The notes beneath the pieces were generated by a model, which was not told the DNA's origin, did not search any database, and saw only the letters and a list, made by a program, of their open reading frames with translations. 64,000 bases of DNA. Origin: an uncultured bacterium (lineage in GTDB: Bacteria; Bacillota_I; Bacilli_A; RFN20; CAG-826). The position numbers and the translations under genes were made by a program. Positions 1 to 8,946 of this stretch are shown piece by piece (position 1 is the stretch's first letter; each line of letters opens with the position of its first letter). The stretch is from the NCBI GenBank assembly GCA_949299165.1, contig CASFZJ010000005.1, positions 12,974 to 76,973 on the forward strand, read 5' to 3'.

Positions 1-44
1 ACCTTGCAAAACTCAATTATTTTTAAGTTTTCACGGAAATTAAA

Positions 45-950
45 TTATTTTTCACGGACACATTTAAGCAAAAATTGCTCTCTATTTTTTATAGCTTCTT
101 GAACAATCGGAGATGAAGAAACACTATCAAAACCATGGTACACACCTTTTATAAAGTGATATTCAACATCACAATTTTTACTAATTAATTTATCTTTTAA
201 AGCTATGCCTTCATCGCGTAAGCAATCAAATTCACAAGTCTCTAAATATATTTTTGGAAAATGAGAATAATCAATATTTTCATTTATATTGAGTTCGTTA
301 TTCCCTAAATAAATATCCCACATCTTTTTATTTGAGATGCTGTTCCATACAGCCGTATTTGTAAAAAGTTTCATCGATTCAGTCTCCATTTTTGGATCAA
401 CAACTGGAAAATAAAGTAAAAGCCCGGCAATATTTTCATATCTTTTATAAGCTAAATCGAGCGCAAGAAAACCACCTGCAGAATCCCCACTAACACAGAT
501 TTTGTACTTATTAATTCGATATTTATCCGCGTTTTCAAAAATATAATCAAACACTTTCAATGTTTCGTTGTTTGGAATTGGATATCTTTTAATTACGCTA
601 TAATCAACAATTACACCGATTAAATTTGCATCCTTTAAAATATTCAAAAAAACATTTAATTGAGCAGGATTAGTTTTATAACAAAAACCACCGCCATGAA
701 GATAAAAATATAATGGCAAGGTTTCTCCATTATACTTTTTTGGATAGACAACAAAAGAATTGTAATTATACTTATCTTTAAGTTTAATTTTCTTAAAATT
801 AGCTTTTTTAAGTTTTAAGAGCAATCCAAGAGATGGCATGAAAATTTTAGCCATTGTTGCCACAAATTTATTAAAAGGCCATTTAATTTTGCCGTAGGCT
901 TTTAATTTCATATGAATTTCGTGATTATCCATAGCAAAATTATAAATCAT
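45..950 (-). CDS. alpha/beta-hydrolase, hormone-sensitive-lipase-type esterase/lipase
   Basis: ORF 45..968. HGGGF oxyanion motif (YLHGGGFCY), GDSAGG nucleophile elbow, later D (CLRDEG) and H (YHGF). The track start at 968 is TTG and the first ATG is at 950. No clear SD, so the start is uncertain. Confidence 0.8.
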   Translation of the reverse strand: MIYNFAMDNHEIHMKLKAYGKIKWPFNKFVATMAKIFMPSLGLLLKLKKANFKKIKLKDKYNYNSFVVYPKKYNGETLPLYFYLHGGGFCYKTNPAQLNVFLNILKDANLIGVIVDYSVIKRYPIPNNETLKVFDYIFENADKYRINKYKICVSGDSAGGFLALDLAYKRYENIAGLLLYFPVVDPKMETESMKLFTNTAVWNSISNKKMWDIYLGNNELNINENIDYSHFPKIYLETCEFDCLRDEGIALKDKLISKNCDVEYHFIKGVYHGFDSVSSSPIVQEAIKNREQFLLKCVREK

Positions 951-996
951 TTTACTTCTAGCAAACAAAATAATTGATATGTATAATTAATTGCAC

Positions 997-1087
997 GGAG
1001 AAATACCCAAGTGGCTGAAGGGGTCAGTTTCGAAAACTGATAGTAGGTTCGCGCCTAGCAGGGGTTCAAATCCCCTTTTCTCCGCCA
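997..1087 (+). tRNA. tRNA-Ser (anticodon CGA), CCA encoded
   Basis: GGAGAAA acceptor stem pairs with TTTCTCC. Anticodon stem TCAGT/ACTGA with loop TTCGAAA (CGA). Long variable arm and GGGGTTCAAATCCCC T-arm. Ends in GCCA. Confidence 0.9.
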
Positions 1088-1116
1088 ATATTTTTGCGAA
1101 TAATTGAAGTTGAAAG

Positions 1117-1139
1117 CGACCAGATATGGTCGTTTTTTT
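1117..1139 (+). terminator. rho-independent terminator after tRNA-Ser
   Basis: CGACCA-gata-TGGTCG hairpin followed by T7. Confidence 0.6.
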
Positions 1140-1215
1140 AAAAATTCGCTACATTTTTTTTCGAATTTAACTATAAGACAATACGATTATTATCGATAAA
1201 TTTTGAATATAACGG

Positions 1216-3495
1216 TTAAAGATCCCTTTTAAAATCATTATAAAAAGATCTATATACAGCATCAGCAATTTGATAATAACCATTAGTTGTTGGGTGAACT
1301 CCATTCGAACCAATTATTTCTGTTTCTTCATTTCTATTATTTACAGGTTTTTCAATAGTTGGCATATTAAAATCAGTATCAAATTGACCAGCAACATCAA
1401 TGTAATTAACGAAATTCTTATATTTGTCTAGATTCGATAATTTTTCTAGGTTTTTATTATAATTCATCGCAGTTACTAGCATTCCATACGCATCGCCATA
1501 AACGCTATTCACGTCATAATTTGATCCCATTCCTCCATTCTGACTTGGCATTTGGAGCCCCATTAATCTGATTTTTGCATCAGGAAAACTTAAATGAATC
1601 GAATCTAACATTTTTTGTGCGTATTTGAAATGACCATCATCTAAGCTAAAATCTGTTTTAAATTTTTCAGTCATACCATTCCAAGTTAACAAAACGTAAA
1701 CATAATCAATATCTTCAAATGAATTATTTTCTACATAAGCTTTAAAATCGATTTTGTTGGTTGATTTATCGAAAAAGGGTGATTCTTCTCCCATAAACTT
1801 CTGCCGTGTCCGCCCAGGATATCCTTCATACCCAACGCTAGGATAGTTTGCGGTAGATTTCGTTCCAATAAAGTTAAGATAATTATTTGAGTCACCAAGT
1901 GGATTTCCACCACTTTCTGAGTACCTACGATACGCTTCATTTACCCATACTCCGCCTGCTGTTAAACTATCTCCAATGCATAGAATATTTTGCATTGAAT
2001 TCTCTTTTAAAGAATCATTAACGATTAGTTTTGTGGTGTCGCTTCCTAAAAGTTTCCCATTATTATCGTATATATTTAATGTTAAATCATATGTACCTAT
2101 CTGAGAAATAGTTGGTTTCCGCTCATAATATCTTGGAAAAACTTTGCCGAATTTTGTCTTAATTTCGATGTAATAATTATAGGGATTTACCGCTTGAATT
2201 ACACCTCTATAAAATAATTGAAAGTTATCATTTACAGCCAAATAATATTCTTCTGGCAAATAAACATTTACTTTATCATTAAGAAGGTCATTCAAATATT
2301 TGGTTGGCACAAACCTCTTTTCAATTACTCCTAATTTCACATAAATATATCTAGAAGGAGAGCCATAAACATCAATAAAGCTTGATAAATTTATTGGTTG
2401 TTTTCCATTTGTGATATACGCTTGCACACTTTGTGGTTCATTTTCAGGAATTTTAGACTCATTTCCGAATTCCGAATACACATCACATAATTGATCGCAA
2501 GCGTATCCAAAATATAGATAATCATTACTATCGTTAATATATTCATTGTCTAAAGTCCAAAAAATTTCCTTCTCCTCAAACGGATTAATTTTAACATTCA
2601 ATAGTTCGCTAGAAATAAGTTCCCCCTCTTTATTTTCTTTTTGTAAATAAACCTTAATTGTATTGATCCCTTTTTCTCTCGCTCTCACTTTGAATGATAA
2701 AGTATTTATTTTTTGTGGGTTTCCGATGCTTCCAGTCCAACCACTAAATGTAGAAGTGGTGTAACTGAAGCTTGGATTATTCAAAGTTTGGCTCTCAACA
2801 ATAAATTCGTCATCTAAAACAAAATAATCAGACAAATATTGTCTTAAATCATTAATAGAAAGACCAATTTCATACCCTGTTTTAATATCATTTAAAACCC
2901 AATACCCATCTTCGCTTATTGAAATTGTCGGTGTTTTGCCGTCTTCACCATTAGCTTTTACGTTAGTATCAGTTTCACCAATCCACCAATTACCGTTTTC
3001 GCCAATATAAGGAGTCAAGCCATCTTTACCATCTAGACCATCCTCACCATCAACCCCATTTTTTAATGAAAACTCAAATGTTGTACCGTCATCAAAAGAA
3101 AGTAGATAGTAATCTAACTCACCTTCAGAATGAGAGTATTCGATTTTTGAAATACCATTTCCGTTAACACCATTTTCACCCGCTTCCCCCTTTTGACCAT
3201 CACTTCCTTTTGAACAGATCCCGGAATCAACTCCGTCAATAAACCAATTTCCATTTTCCCCAATTGAAATTAATGGCGTATGCCCATCAGCACCTGCTTT
3301 TCCCTCAATTCCTTGTTCGCCATCACTAACCGTAAAATTTATGGTTGACCCATCAGAGTAACTAATTTCGTATGTATCAGTTAAACCTTCAGTGCTAACC
3401 AATTTAATATCTGTTACAAATTTTCTGCTTTGAATACCACAAGAGGAAGCTAGTAACATGAAAAATGCAGAAAAGATAAAAACGATTTTTTTCAT
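1216..3495 (-). CDS. lipoprotein with short collagen-like G-X-Y stretches and a C-terminal SGNH/GDSL hydrolase domain
   Basis: ATG at 3495 follows AAAGGAG. Signal peptide plus lipobox MKKIVFIFSAFFMLLASSC. Two repeats of GXY runs (GEQGIEGKAGADG, GVDGEDGLDGKDG), each followed by IGENGNWF/WIG. C-terminal ILCIGDSLTAGG and GVHPT blocks. Confidence 0.8.
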   Translation of the reverse strand: MKKIVFIFSAFFMLLASSCGIQSRKFVTDIKLVSTEGLTDTYEISYSDGSTINFTVSDGEQGIEGKAGADGHTPLISIGENGNWFIDGVDSGICSKGSDGQKGEAGENGVNGNGISKIEYSHSEGELDYYLLSFDDGTTFEFSLKNGVDGEDGLDGKDGLTPYIGENGNWWIGETDTNVKANGEDGKTPTISISEDGYWVLNDIKTGYEIGLSINDLRQYLSDYFVLDDEFIVESQTLNNPSFSYTTSTFSGWTGSIGNPQKINTLSFKVRAREKGINTIKVYLQKENKEGELISSELLNVKINPFEEKEIFWTLDNEYINDSNDYLYFGYACDQLCDVYSEFGNESKIPENEPQSVQAYITNGKQPINLSSFIDVYGSPSRYIYVKLGVIEKRFVPTKYLNDLLNDKVNVYLPEEYYLAVNDNFQLFYRGVIQAVNPYNYYIEIKTKFGKVFPRYYERKPTISQIGTYDLTLNIYDNNGKLLGSDTTKLIVNDSLKENSMQNILCIGDSLTAGGVWVNEAYRRYSESGGNPLGDSNNYLNFIGTKSTANYPSVGYEGYPGRTRQKFMGEESPFFDKSTNKIDFKAYVENNSFEDIDYVYVLLTWNGMTEKFKTDFSLDDGHFKYAQKMLDSIHLSFPDAKIRLMGLQMPSQNGGMGSNYDVNSVYGDAYGMLVTAMNYNKNLEKLSNLDKYKNFVNYIDVAGQFDTDFNMPTIEKPVNNRNEETEIIGSNGVHPTTNGYYQIADAVYRSFYNDFKRDL

Positions 3496-3610
3496 AAGTG
3501 AAACTCCTTTAAAAATATGAAAACCCTGCAAATCTGAACTATTTTATTGATTTTCAATTAAATTTATTTTTATAAACTAATAATACCAAATCTTAAATAT
3601 TTTCGAACAT

Positions 3611-3637
3611 TAAAAAAGTAGCCGTGCCGGCTACTTT
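3611..3637 (-). terminator. rho-independent terminator after nfnB
   Basis: On the minus strand: AAGTAGCCG-gca-CGGCTACTT hairpin followed by a T-run. Confidence 0.7.
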
Positions 3638-3657
3638 GTTTAATTTCCTTAAAATTA

Positions 3658-5073
3658 TTATTTATTGCTCATGATTTCTTCATCGATTGCTTTTGCAGCA
3701 TGTTTTCCTGCACCCATTGCAAGAATAACTGTAGCTGCGCCAGTAACAGCATCACCACCAGCATAAACATGATCTCTTGATGTTAAGCCAGATTCGCCTT
3801 TTGTAATAATACAACCATGTGAATTTGTTTCAAGACCTTCAGTTGTATGTTTGATTAATGGGTTTGGAGTTGTACCAATTGCATCGATAACACAATCAAC
3901 TTCGATTTCTCTAAATTGGCCTGTGCCAACTGGTCTTCTTCTACCACTAGCATCTGGTTCACCAAGTTCCATTTTTTCAACTTTCATCTTAGCAACTAAA
4001 CCAGTTTCTGGGTCACCAATTAATTCAACTGGATTATTTAAGAGTTGGAAGTCGACTCCTTCTTCCATAGCATGTTCAACTTCTTCTTTTCTTGCAGGAA
4101 GTTCTTCAAGACTTCTACGGTAAACAACATAGACGTGTTCTGCGCCAAGTCTTAATGCACATCTTGCAGCATCCATTGCAACGTTACCACCACCGACAAC
4201 TGCAACATTTTTTGCGTGTTCAATTGGTGTATCGCTATCTTCTCTATAAGCTTTCATTAAGTTTGTTCTGGTTAAATATTCATTTGCTGAATAAACACCT
4301 TTTAAGTTTTCGCCAGGAATTCCAAGGAATCTTGGTAAACCTGCACCACTTCCAATGAAAACAGCTTCAAAATGATATTCTTTTAAGAGTTCATCGATAG
4401 TAATAACTCTACCAATGACCATATTTGTTTCAACTTTAACACCTAAAGCTTTTAGACCGTCAACTTCTTTTTGGACGATATCTTTTGGTAATCTGAATTC
4501 AGGAATACCATAAACAAGAACACCGCCAGCTAAGTGTAAAGCTTCAAAAATTGTGACATCATAACCTTTTTTAGCAAGGTCACCTGCACAAGTTAATCCA
4601 GATGGGCCAGAACCAATAATAGCAACTTTATGTCCATTAGGTGTTGGTTTGACAACTTCTCCTTTGAAGTTAGCATTGTGCCAATCAGCAACAAATCTTT
4701 CAAGTCTACCAATAGCGACTGGTTCACTACCTGGTCTTAAACCTCTTGTACATTTCATTTCACATTGTGTTTCTTGTGGACAAACTCTACCACAAACTGC
4801 AGGTAATGAGCTTGATTCTGAAATAATTTCGTAAGCTTTTTCAAAATTGCCTAAAGCAACTTCGTGAATGAAATCTGGAATATTAATATTAACAGGACAA
4901 TGAGCAACACATGGTTTGTTTGGACAACCTAAGCATCTTTTTGCTTCATCAATAGCCATTTCGGCTGTATAACCTTCAGCAACTTCCTTAAAATTATGTG
5001 CTCTAACTTTTGGATCTTGGGAAGGCATTGGATTTTTCTTAGGTGCCATGTTTGGCTTATATTCTTTCCACAT
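3658..5073 (-). CDS. nfnB: NADPH-dependent glutamate-synthase-small-subunit-like oxidoreductase (NfnB/SudA type)
   Basis: N-terminal Cys clusters (CLGCPNKPCVAHCP, CGRVCPQETQCEMKC). Two GxGxxG dinucleotide folds (IIGSGPSGL, VVGGGNVAMD). Paired with a PyrK-like subunit immediately upstream. Confidence 0.75.
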   Translation of the reverse strand: MWKEYKPNMAPKKNPMPSQDPKVRAHNFKEVAEGYTAEMAIDEAKRCLGCPNKPCVAHCPVNINIPDFIHEVALGNFEKAYEIISESSSLPAVCGRVCPQETQCEMKCTRGLRPGSEPVAIGRLERFVADWHNANFKGEVVKPTPNGHKVAIIGSGPSGLTCAGDLAKKGYDVTIFEALHLAGGVLVYGIPEFRLPKDIVQKEVDGLKALGVKVETNMVIGRVITIDELLKEYHFEAVFIGSGAGLPRFLGIPGENLKGVYSANEYLTRTNLMKAYREDSDTPIEHAKNVAVVGGGNVAMDAARCALRLGAEHVYVVYRRSLEELPARKEEVEHAMEEGVDFQLLNNPVELIGDPETGLVAKMKVEKMELGEPDASGRRRPVGTGQFREIEVDCVIDAIGTTPNPLIKHTTEGLETNSHGCIITKGESGLTSRDHVYAGGDAVTGAATVILAMGAGKHAAKAIDEEIMSNK

Positions 5074-5075
5074 AA

Positions 5076-5924
5076 TTATTTAGCCTCCTTTTTGAAAAGA
5101 TTGCATTTTGCTTCATCATAAGCTTTCTTTTCAAATGCTTTGTACATAGTACCTCTTTGCATTGCTTCATCAAAATCAACTTTGTAAGCATCAAAATCAG
5201 GCCCATCAACACAAGCAAATTTTGTTTCGCCACCAACTGTTAATCTACAGCAACCGCACATACCTGTTCCATCAATCATGATTGGGTTCATTGAACAGAC
5301 ACATTCTGGGACGCCGTATTTCTTACAGCAAAGTGTAACGAATTTCATCATAATAACAGGCCCAATACAGATAACTTTGTCGAATTTAACACCTTCTTGT
5401 AACATTTTTTCAAGAGGCACAACAACGTTTCCTTTATTTCCATTACTGCCATCATCTGTCATTTCATAATATTTACCAGGGGCAGCAGCTGAGAATTCAT
5501 CGTGTAAAATTATAAGATCTTTGTTTCTAAAACCAGCAATTGCGGTAACATCTTTTCCTTCATCATGGAAAGCTTTAGCAATTGGGTAAGCAATAGCGGT
5601 TCCAAGACCACCACCAACTACACAAACTCTTTCTCCAGTTAATTCTGTTGGTCTACCAAGAGGTCCAACAAAATCATGTAAGCAATCGCCAACTTCTAAT
5701 TGGTTTAATTTGTAAGTTGATGCACCAACAATTTGGAAAATGATAGTAACTGTGCCTTTTTCTCTATCATAACCACCAACTGTTAAAGGTATTCTTTCCC
5801 CTTTGTCATCAACTCTTAAGATGATAAATTGTCCTGGTTGTGCTTTTTTAGCGACTGCAGGAGCTTCAATTTCGAGTAATGTTTCAGTAGGATTAAATAC
5901 ATGTTTTCTGACAATTTTGTACAT
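5076..5924 (-). CDS. nfnA: PyrK/SudB-like FAD/NAD-binding 2Fe-2S subunit (NfnA type)
   Basis: Ferredoxin-reductase-like fold and C-terminal CGCCRL..CVDGP cluster. 2-nt gap to nfnB. GGAG RBS. Confidence 0.75.
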   Translation of the reverse strand: MYKIVRKHVFNPTETLLEIEAPAVAKKAQPGQFIILRVDDKGERIPLTVGGYDREKGTVTIIFQIVGASTYKLNQLEVGDCLHDFVGPLGRPTELTGERVCVVGGGLGTAIAYPIAKAFHDEGKDVTAIAGFRNKDLIILHDEFSAAAPGKYYEMTDDGSNGNKGNVVVPLEKMLQEGVKFDKVICIGPVIMMKFVTLCCKKYGVPECVCSMNPIMIDGTGMCGCCRLTVGGETKFACVDGPDFDAYKVDFDEAMQRGTMYKAFEKKAYDEAKCNLFKKEAK

Positions 5925-5996
5925 ATCCTTTTTCTCCTTTTACCTATAAAATTATAGTCATTTTGCTAAGCAAAATAAATAACTAGTTATTTATTA

Positions 5997-6248
5997 TTAG
6001 CCTTTTAATCCACGAGCTTGTCTATCCATATCTTCAACGACAATATCGTAAATTTCACCTAAACTTGCACAATATTCAAGGACTTTCCGTGGCTCATTTG
6101 TGTGATAATGAATTTTGATTAAAGTATCATCGCCAACCGCTAATAAACAATCACCTTTAAAGTGTGTGTTAAAATATTCACTAATAACATCTTCACTTAA
6201 ATTTTTACCTTCAATTAATAATTGTGTGTCATATTTAAATTCAACCAT
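5997..6248 (-). CDS. 83-aa stand-alone protein resembling the central segment of DAK2-fusion YloV/FakA
   Basis: GDCLLAVGDDTLIKIHYHTNEPRKVLEY..GEIYDIVVEDMDRQ resembles the GDSLLV..KVH.HT..PG.VL..G.L..I.NM..Q segment of YloV as I recall it. Strong RBS AGGAGGAG 6 nt before the ATG. Confidence 0.55.
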   Translation of the reverse strand: MVEFKYDTQLLIEGKNLSEDVISEYFNTHFKGDCLLAVGDDTLIKIHYHTNEPRKVLEYCASLGEIYDIVVEDMDRQARGLKG

Positions 6249-6297
6249 TTTTCTCCTCCTTAATTGCTAAATTTTATAAAAACACTGCAAAAAGCCA

Positions 6298-6504
6298 CTA
6301 TTTTTCAATTTTTCTTTGTGAATATAAAGAGCAATTTAGTAAAGATACACTATCCATACAAAGATCTTTTAATGCTTCATCGAGATACATTACCATGACC
6401 GTTTCGCTTGATCTTGTTATATTTAAAACTCGTGCAACTTTTTCGTTTCCATCCTTATCTTTTACCAAGATAATGTTTCCTACTTTTATTGACTGTTTTC
6501 CCAT
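6298..6504 (-). CDS. hypothetical small protein (68 aa)
   Basis: ORF only. No SD and no recognised motif. Confidence 0.3.
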   Translation of the reverse strand: MGKQSIKVGNIILVKDKDGNEKVARVLNITRSSETVMVMYLDEALKDLCMDSVSLLNCSLYSQRKIEK

Positions 6505-6570
6505 ATTTAAAATTTTACTACAATAATTTTTTCATTAAATATTAAGTTTACATTTCTCGAGAAAATCATC

Positions 6571-6711
6571 GTTTTTCTATAGGATTTTCCATTTTTTGTA
6601 GAACTTTTAACAAAAACATATACTTTTTTTAATTTTTTCTCAGAATTTTCACTTTTCTCTATGGTTTTTTAAAAATATCTAGACTTTTCTATAATTTTTT
6701 CTAGAAAAATT
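6571..6711. repeat. array of ~20-bp A-run/core/T-run modules (intergenic repeat family)
   Basis: Modules: caaaaacatatacttttttt, aattttttctcagaattttc, acttttctctatggtttttt, aaaaatatctagacttttc. Perfect palindrome TTTTTCTAGAAAAA at 6696..6709. Confidence 0.55.
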
Positions 6712-6740
6712 AAATAGAAAAGAGCCGGAAACCCGGCCCT
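6712..6740 (-). terminator. rho-independent terminator after Fe-ADH gene
   Basis: Minus strand: GCCGG-GTTT-CCGGC hairpin followed by TCTTTTCTATTT. Confidence 0.6.
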
Positions 6741-6769
6741 TAAATTATCAACAAACTATTTGTAAATTA

Positions 6770-7954
6770 TTAGAATTTATATGGTTTATTGTAGTAGCAG
6801 CATTCAAAGAGATCTGCCATCTTTTCATCATCAATTGGGTTTGGGTTAGTTCCAGTACATGCATCACCAACAGCGTTGTGAGCGATTGTGTGGAGTTTTT
6901 CTTTGAATTCTTTTTCATTAACACCAAATTCTTGCATTGAATGAGGAATTGATAATAAAGTATTTAATTCGTGAATTCTGTTGATTAAACCTTGTGTTTG
7001 TTCTCTTGCATCTTCACCTTCAATACCTAAAGATTGAGCGATTTGTGCATATCTTTCGAGAGCTCTCTTGTTATTTGCATTGTATTCAATAACGTGTGGG
7101 AGATACATAGCATTTGCACAACCGTGTGGAATGTGTCCTGTTGAGAATGCAGCGCCTGTCTTGTGTGCCATTGAGTGGACGATACCGAGTAAAGCGTTGG
7201 AGAATGCCATACCCGCTAAACATTGAGCATAGTGCATTTCTTCTCTACCTTTTCCATTAGGATTGTTATATGAATCAACTAAGGAAGTATTAATCATCTT
7301 AATTGCTTTGAGAGCTAATGGATCTGTGAATGGTGTAGCCATTGTTGAAACATAAGCTTCGATAGCATGTGTCATAGCATCCATACCAGTGAAAGCAACT
7401 TGCTTTTGTGGTAAACCTCTGACGATATCTGGATCAACGATAGCGACATCTGGTGTGATTTCGAAATCTGCTAAAGGATATTTAATACCTTTTGCATAGT
7501 CTGTAATGACTGAGAATGCTGTAACTTCTGTAGCTGTACCACTTGTTGATGGGATAGCGCAGAAATGTGCTTTTTCTCTTAAATGTGGGAATGAGAATGG
7601 TGTGCAAAGTGTTTCAAATGTTGTATCTGGGTGTTCATAGAATGCCCACATAGCCTTTGCAGCATCGATTGGTGAACCACCACCGATAGCAACGATCCAA
7701 TCTGGATTGAATTTTCTCATTGCTTCAGCGCCCTTCATAACTGTTTCGATTGATGGATCTGGTTCAACACCTTCGAATGTTTCGACTTCAAATCCAGCTT
7801 CTTTTAAGTAGTTAACTGTTTTGTCTAAGAAGCCGCTTGCTTTCATTGAGTGACCGCCAGTAACAACGATTGCTCTTTTACCTTTTAAATTTTTTAATTC
7901 TGCTAAGGAACCACATCCATAGTAGACATCTCTTGGTAAAGTAAATCTTGACAT
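6770..7954 (-). CDS. iron-containing alcohol dehydrogenase (butanol/lactaldehyde reductase type)
   Basis: GGGSPIDAAK motif and His-rich metal site (HAIEAY, HSMAHK, HGCANA). AGGAGG RBS. Confidence 0.85.
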   Translation of the reverse strand: MSRFTLPRDVYYGCGSLAELKNLKGKRAIVVTGGHSMKASGFLDKTVNYLKEAGFEVETFEGVEPDPSIETVMKGAEAMRKFNPDWIVAIGGGSPIDAAKAMWAFYEHPDTTFETLCTPFSFPHLREKAHFCAIPSTSGTATEVTAFSVITDYAKGIKYPLADFEITPDVAIVDPDIVRGLPQKQVAFTGMDAMTHAIEAYVSTMATPFTDPLALKAIKMINTSLVDSYNNPNGKGREEMHYAQCLAGMAFSNALLGIVHSMAHKTGAAFSTGHIPHGCANAMYLPHVIEYNANNKRALERYAQIAQSLGIEGEDAREQTQGLINRIHELNTLLSIPHSMQEFGVNEKEFKEKLHTIAHNAVGDACTGTNPNPIDDEKMADLFECCYYNKPYKF

Positions 7955-8000
7955 AATATCCTCCTATAAATTACCAATAATTTAACCTTTCGGCTCTATT

Positions 8001-8009
8001 ATTATATCA
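8001..8009 (-). promoter_or_regulatory. candidate extended -10 promoter (TGATATAAT) for the ADH gene
   Basis: The reverse complement of 8001..8009 reads TGATATAAT, about 45 nt upstream of the ATG. Confidence 0.35.
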
Positions 8010-8160
8010 AAGTAAATAAAGTATGTTAACGCAGTTTAAAAAGTAATAAAAGCTGGAATTCTGGTAAAAATTACTATAATTTATATTAAAAATAAAAAAT
8101 TAACAAAGAAATTTATGTTGATTTATATAAAACGATCTTGAATGTAAAAATCACTTACTA

Positions 8161-8946
8161 TTAAACGTTCTTGTTTTTCAAGTTTTTCCCGATAAAAGGA
8201 ACTTCGAAAAAATCTCTAATATTTGTCCTAATTATATAATCAATATAATTTCCTATAGCTAAAGCATAGATATAATAACCCATTGCGTTAGGATGGAATC
8301 CCATTGCATATTTTTGACGCGCTTTTTCATCGTAAATTGGTCCGTAGTGGGTCATATCAATCAAATAAGTAAACGAAAATAGTTTCACAACCTTTTTCAT
8401 TTCTTCACAAACATAATAGGCTAAGTCGTCTTTTTCTTTAGATGTATGATCTATTTGTAATGAAACGAGAAAAATTCGAGCGTCTTTTTCTAAACTTTTA
8501 AGTTTCGAAAGAACTTTCCCCATATAACCAAAATATGTATCTTTATTTTTCAAAGGATCTTCAACATTAATATCTTCAGCGCTTCCAACTCGCTGATTAA
8601 AAACAAACAAATCATTATTGCCTAAATTAACGATATAAGCTTGTTTCTTTTGCCAAAAATTATTCTTATCGGCCCGCGATTCATAAAACTCTTTAAAGCT
8701 CATACCACCTCGTGAATAATTAGAATATTTACTACCTGTTATCTTTTCTAAAATAGCTGGCCAAGAGTACTCATAAAAATCATGGTATGAAATATTCCCA
8801 TTTTCATCTGTTGATTCGAATTCCCCGCTTGATAAGGAGTCGCCGACAACCCCTATTTCTTTAAAAATGTTAGCAAAACCACAGTTTTCTTTAATATTCT
8901 CGAGTGGTTTTTCGTTATTTTTTGTTTCAAAAAATGAAATATCCAT
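8161..8946 (-). CDS. SGNH/GDSL hydrolase (esterase)
   Basis: Blocks VVGDSLSSGE, LGNND and GFHPN. TAATG overlap with the upstream MFS gene. Confidence 0.8.
   Translation of the reverse strand: MDISFFETKNNEKPLENIKENCGFANIFKEIGVVGDSLSSGEFESTDENGNISYHDFYEYSWPAILEKITGSKYSNYSRGGMSFKEFYESRADKNNFWQKKQAYIVNLGNNDLFVFNQRVGSAEDINVEDPLKNKDTYFGYMGKVLSKLKSLEKDARIFLVSLQIDHTSKEKDDLAYYVCEEMKKVVKLFSFTYLIDMTHYGPIYDEKARQKYAMGFHPNAMGYYIYALAIGNYIDYIIRTNIRDFFEVPFIGKNLKNKNV

Noticed and set aside
1731-1940. A 69-aa ORF nested in another frame of the lipoprotein gene. Similar nested or antisense ORFs lie at 3851..4123, 4092..4358, 4649..4834, 5278..5469, 10727..10972, 12966..13148, 13538..13735, 13910..14107, 17426..17845, 19399..19806, 19896..20120, 21343..21609, 21833..22033, 24394..24666, 25586..25777, 28645..28839, 29608..29847, 32229..32417, 33251..34936 (several), 35431..35622, 36845..37069, 42056..42238, 44434..44748, 46237..46494, 49383..49577, 50330..50992, 51516..51707, 52656..52853, 54261..54479, 55786..56007, 57465..57683, 57954..58157, 61434..61616, 63430..63654 and 63711..63935.
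   Set aside because: Every one lies inside, and mostly antisense to, a CDS with strong family motifs. Their translations are low-complexity (Ser/Leu/Ile/Phe/Lys-rich), as expected from reading AT-rich coding DNA in the wrong frame. None has an SD.
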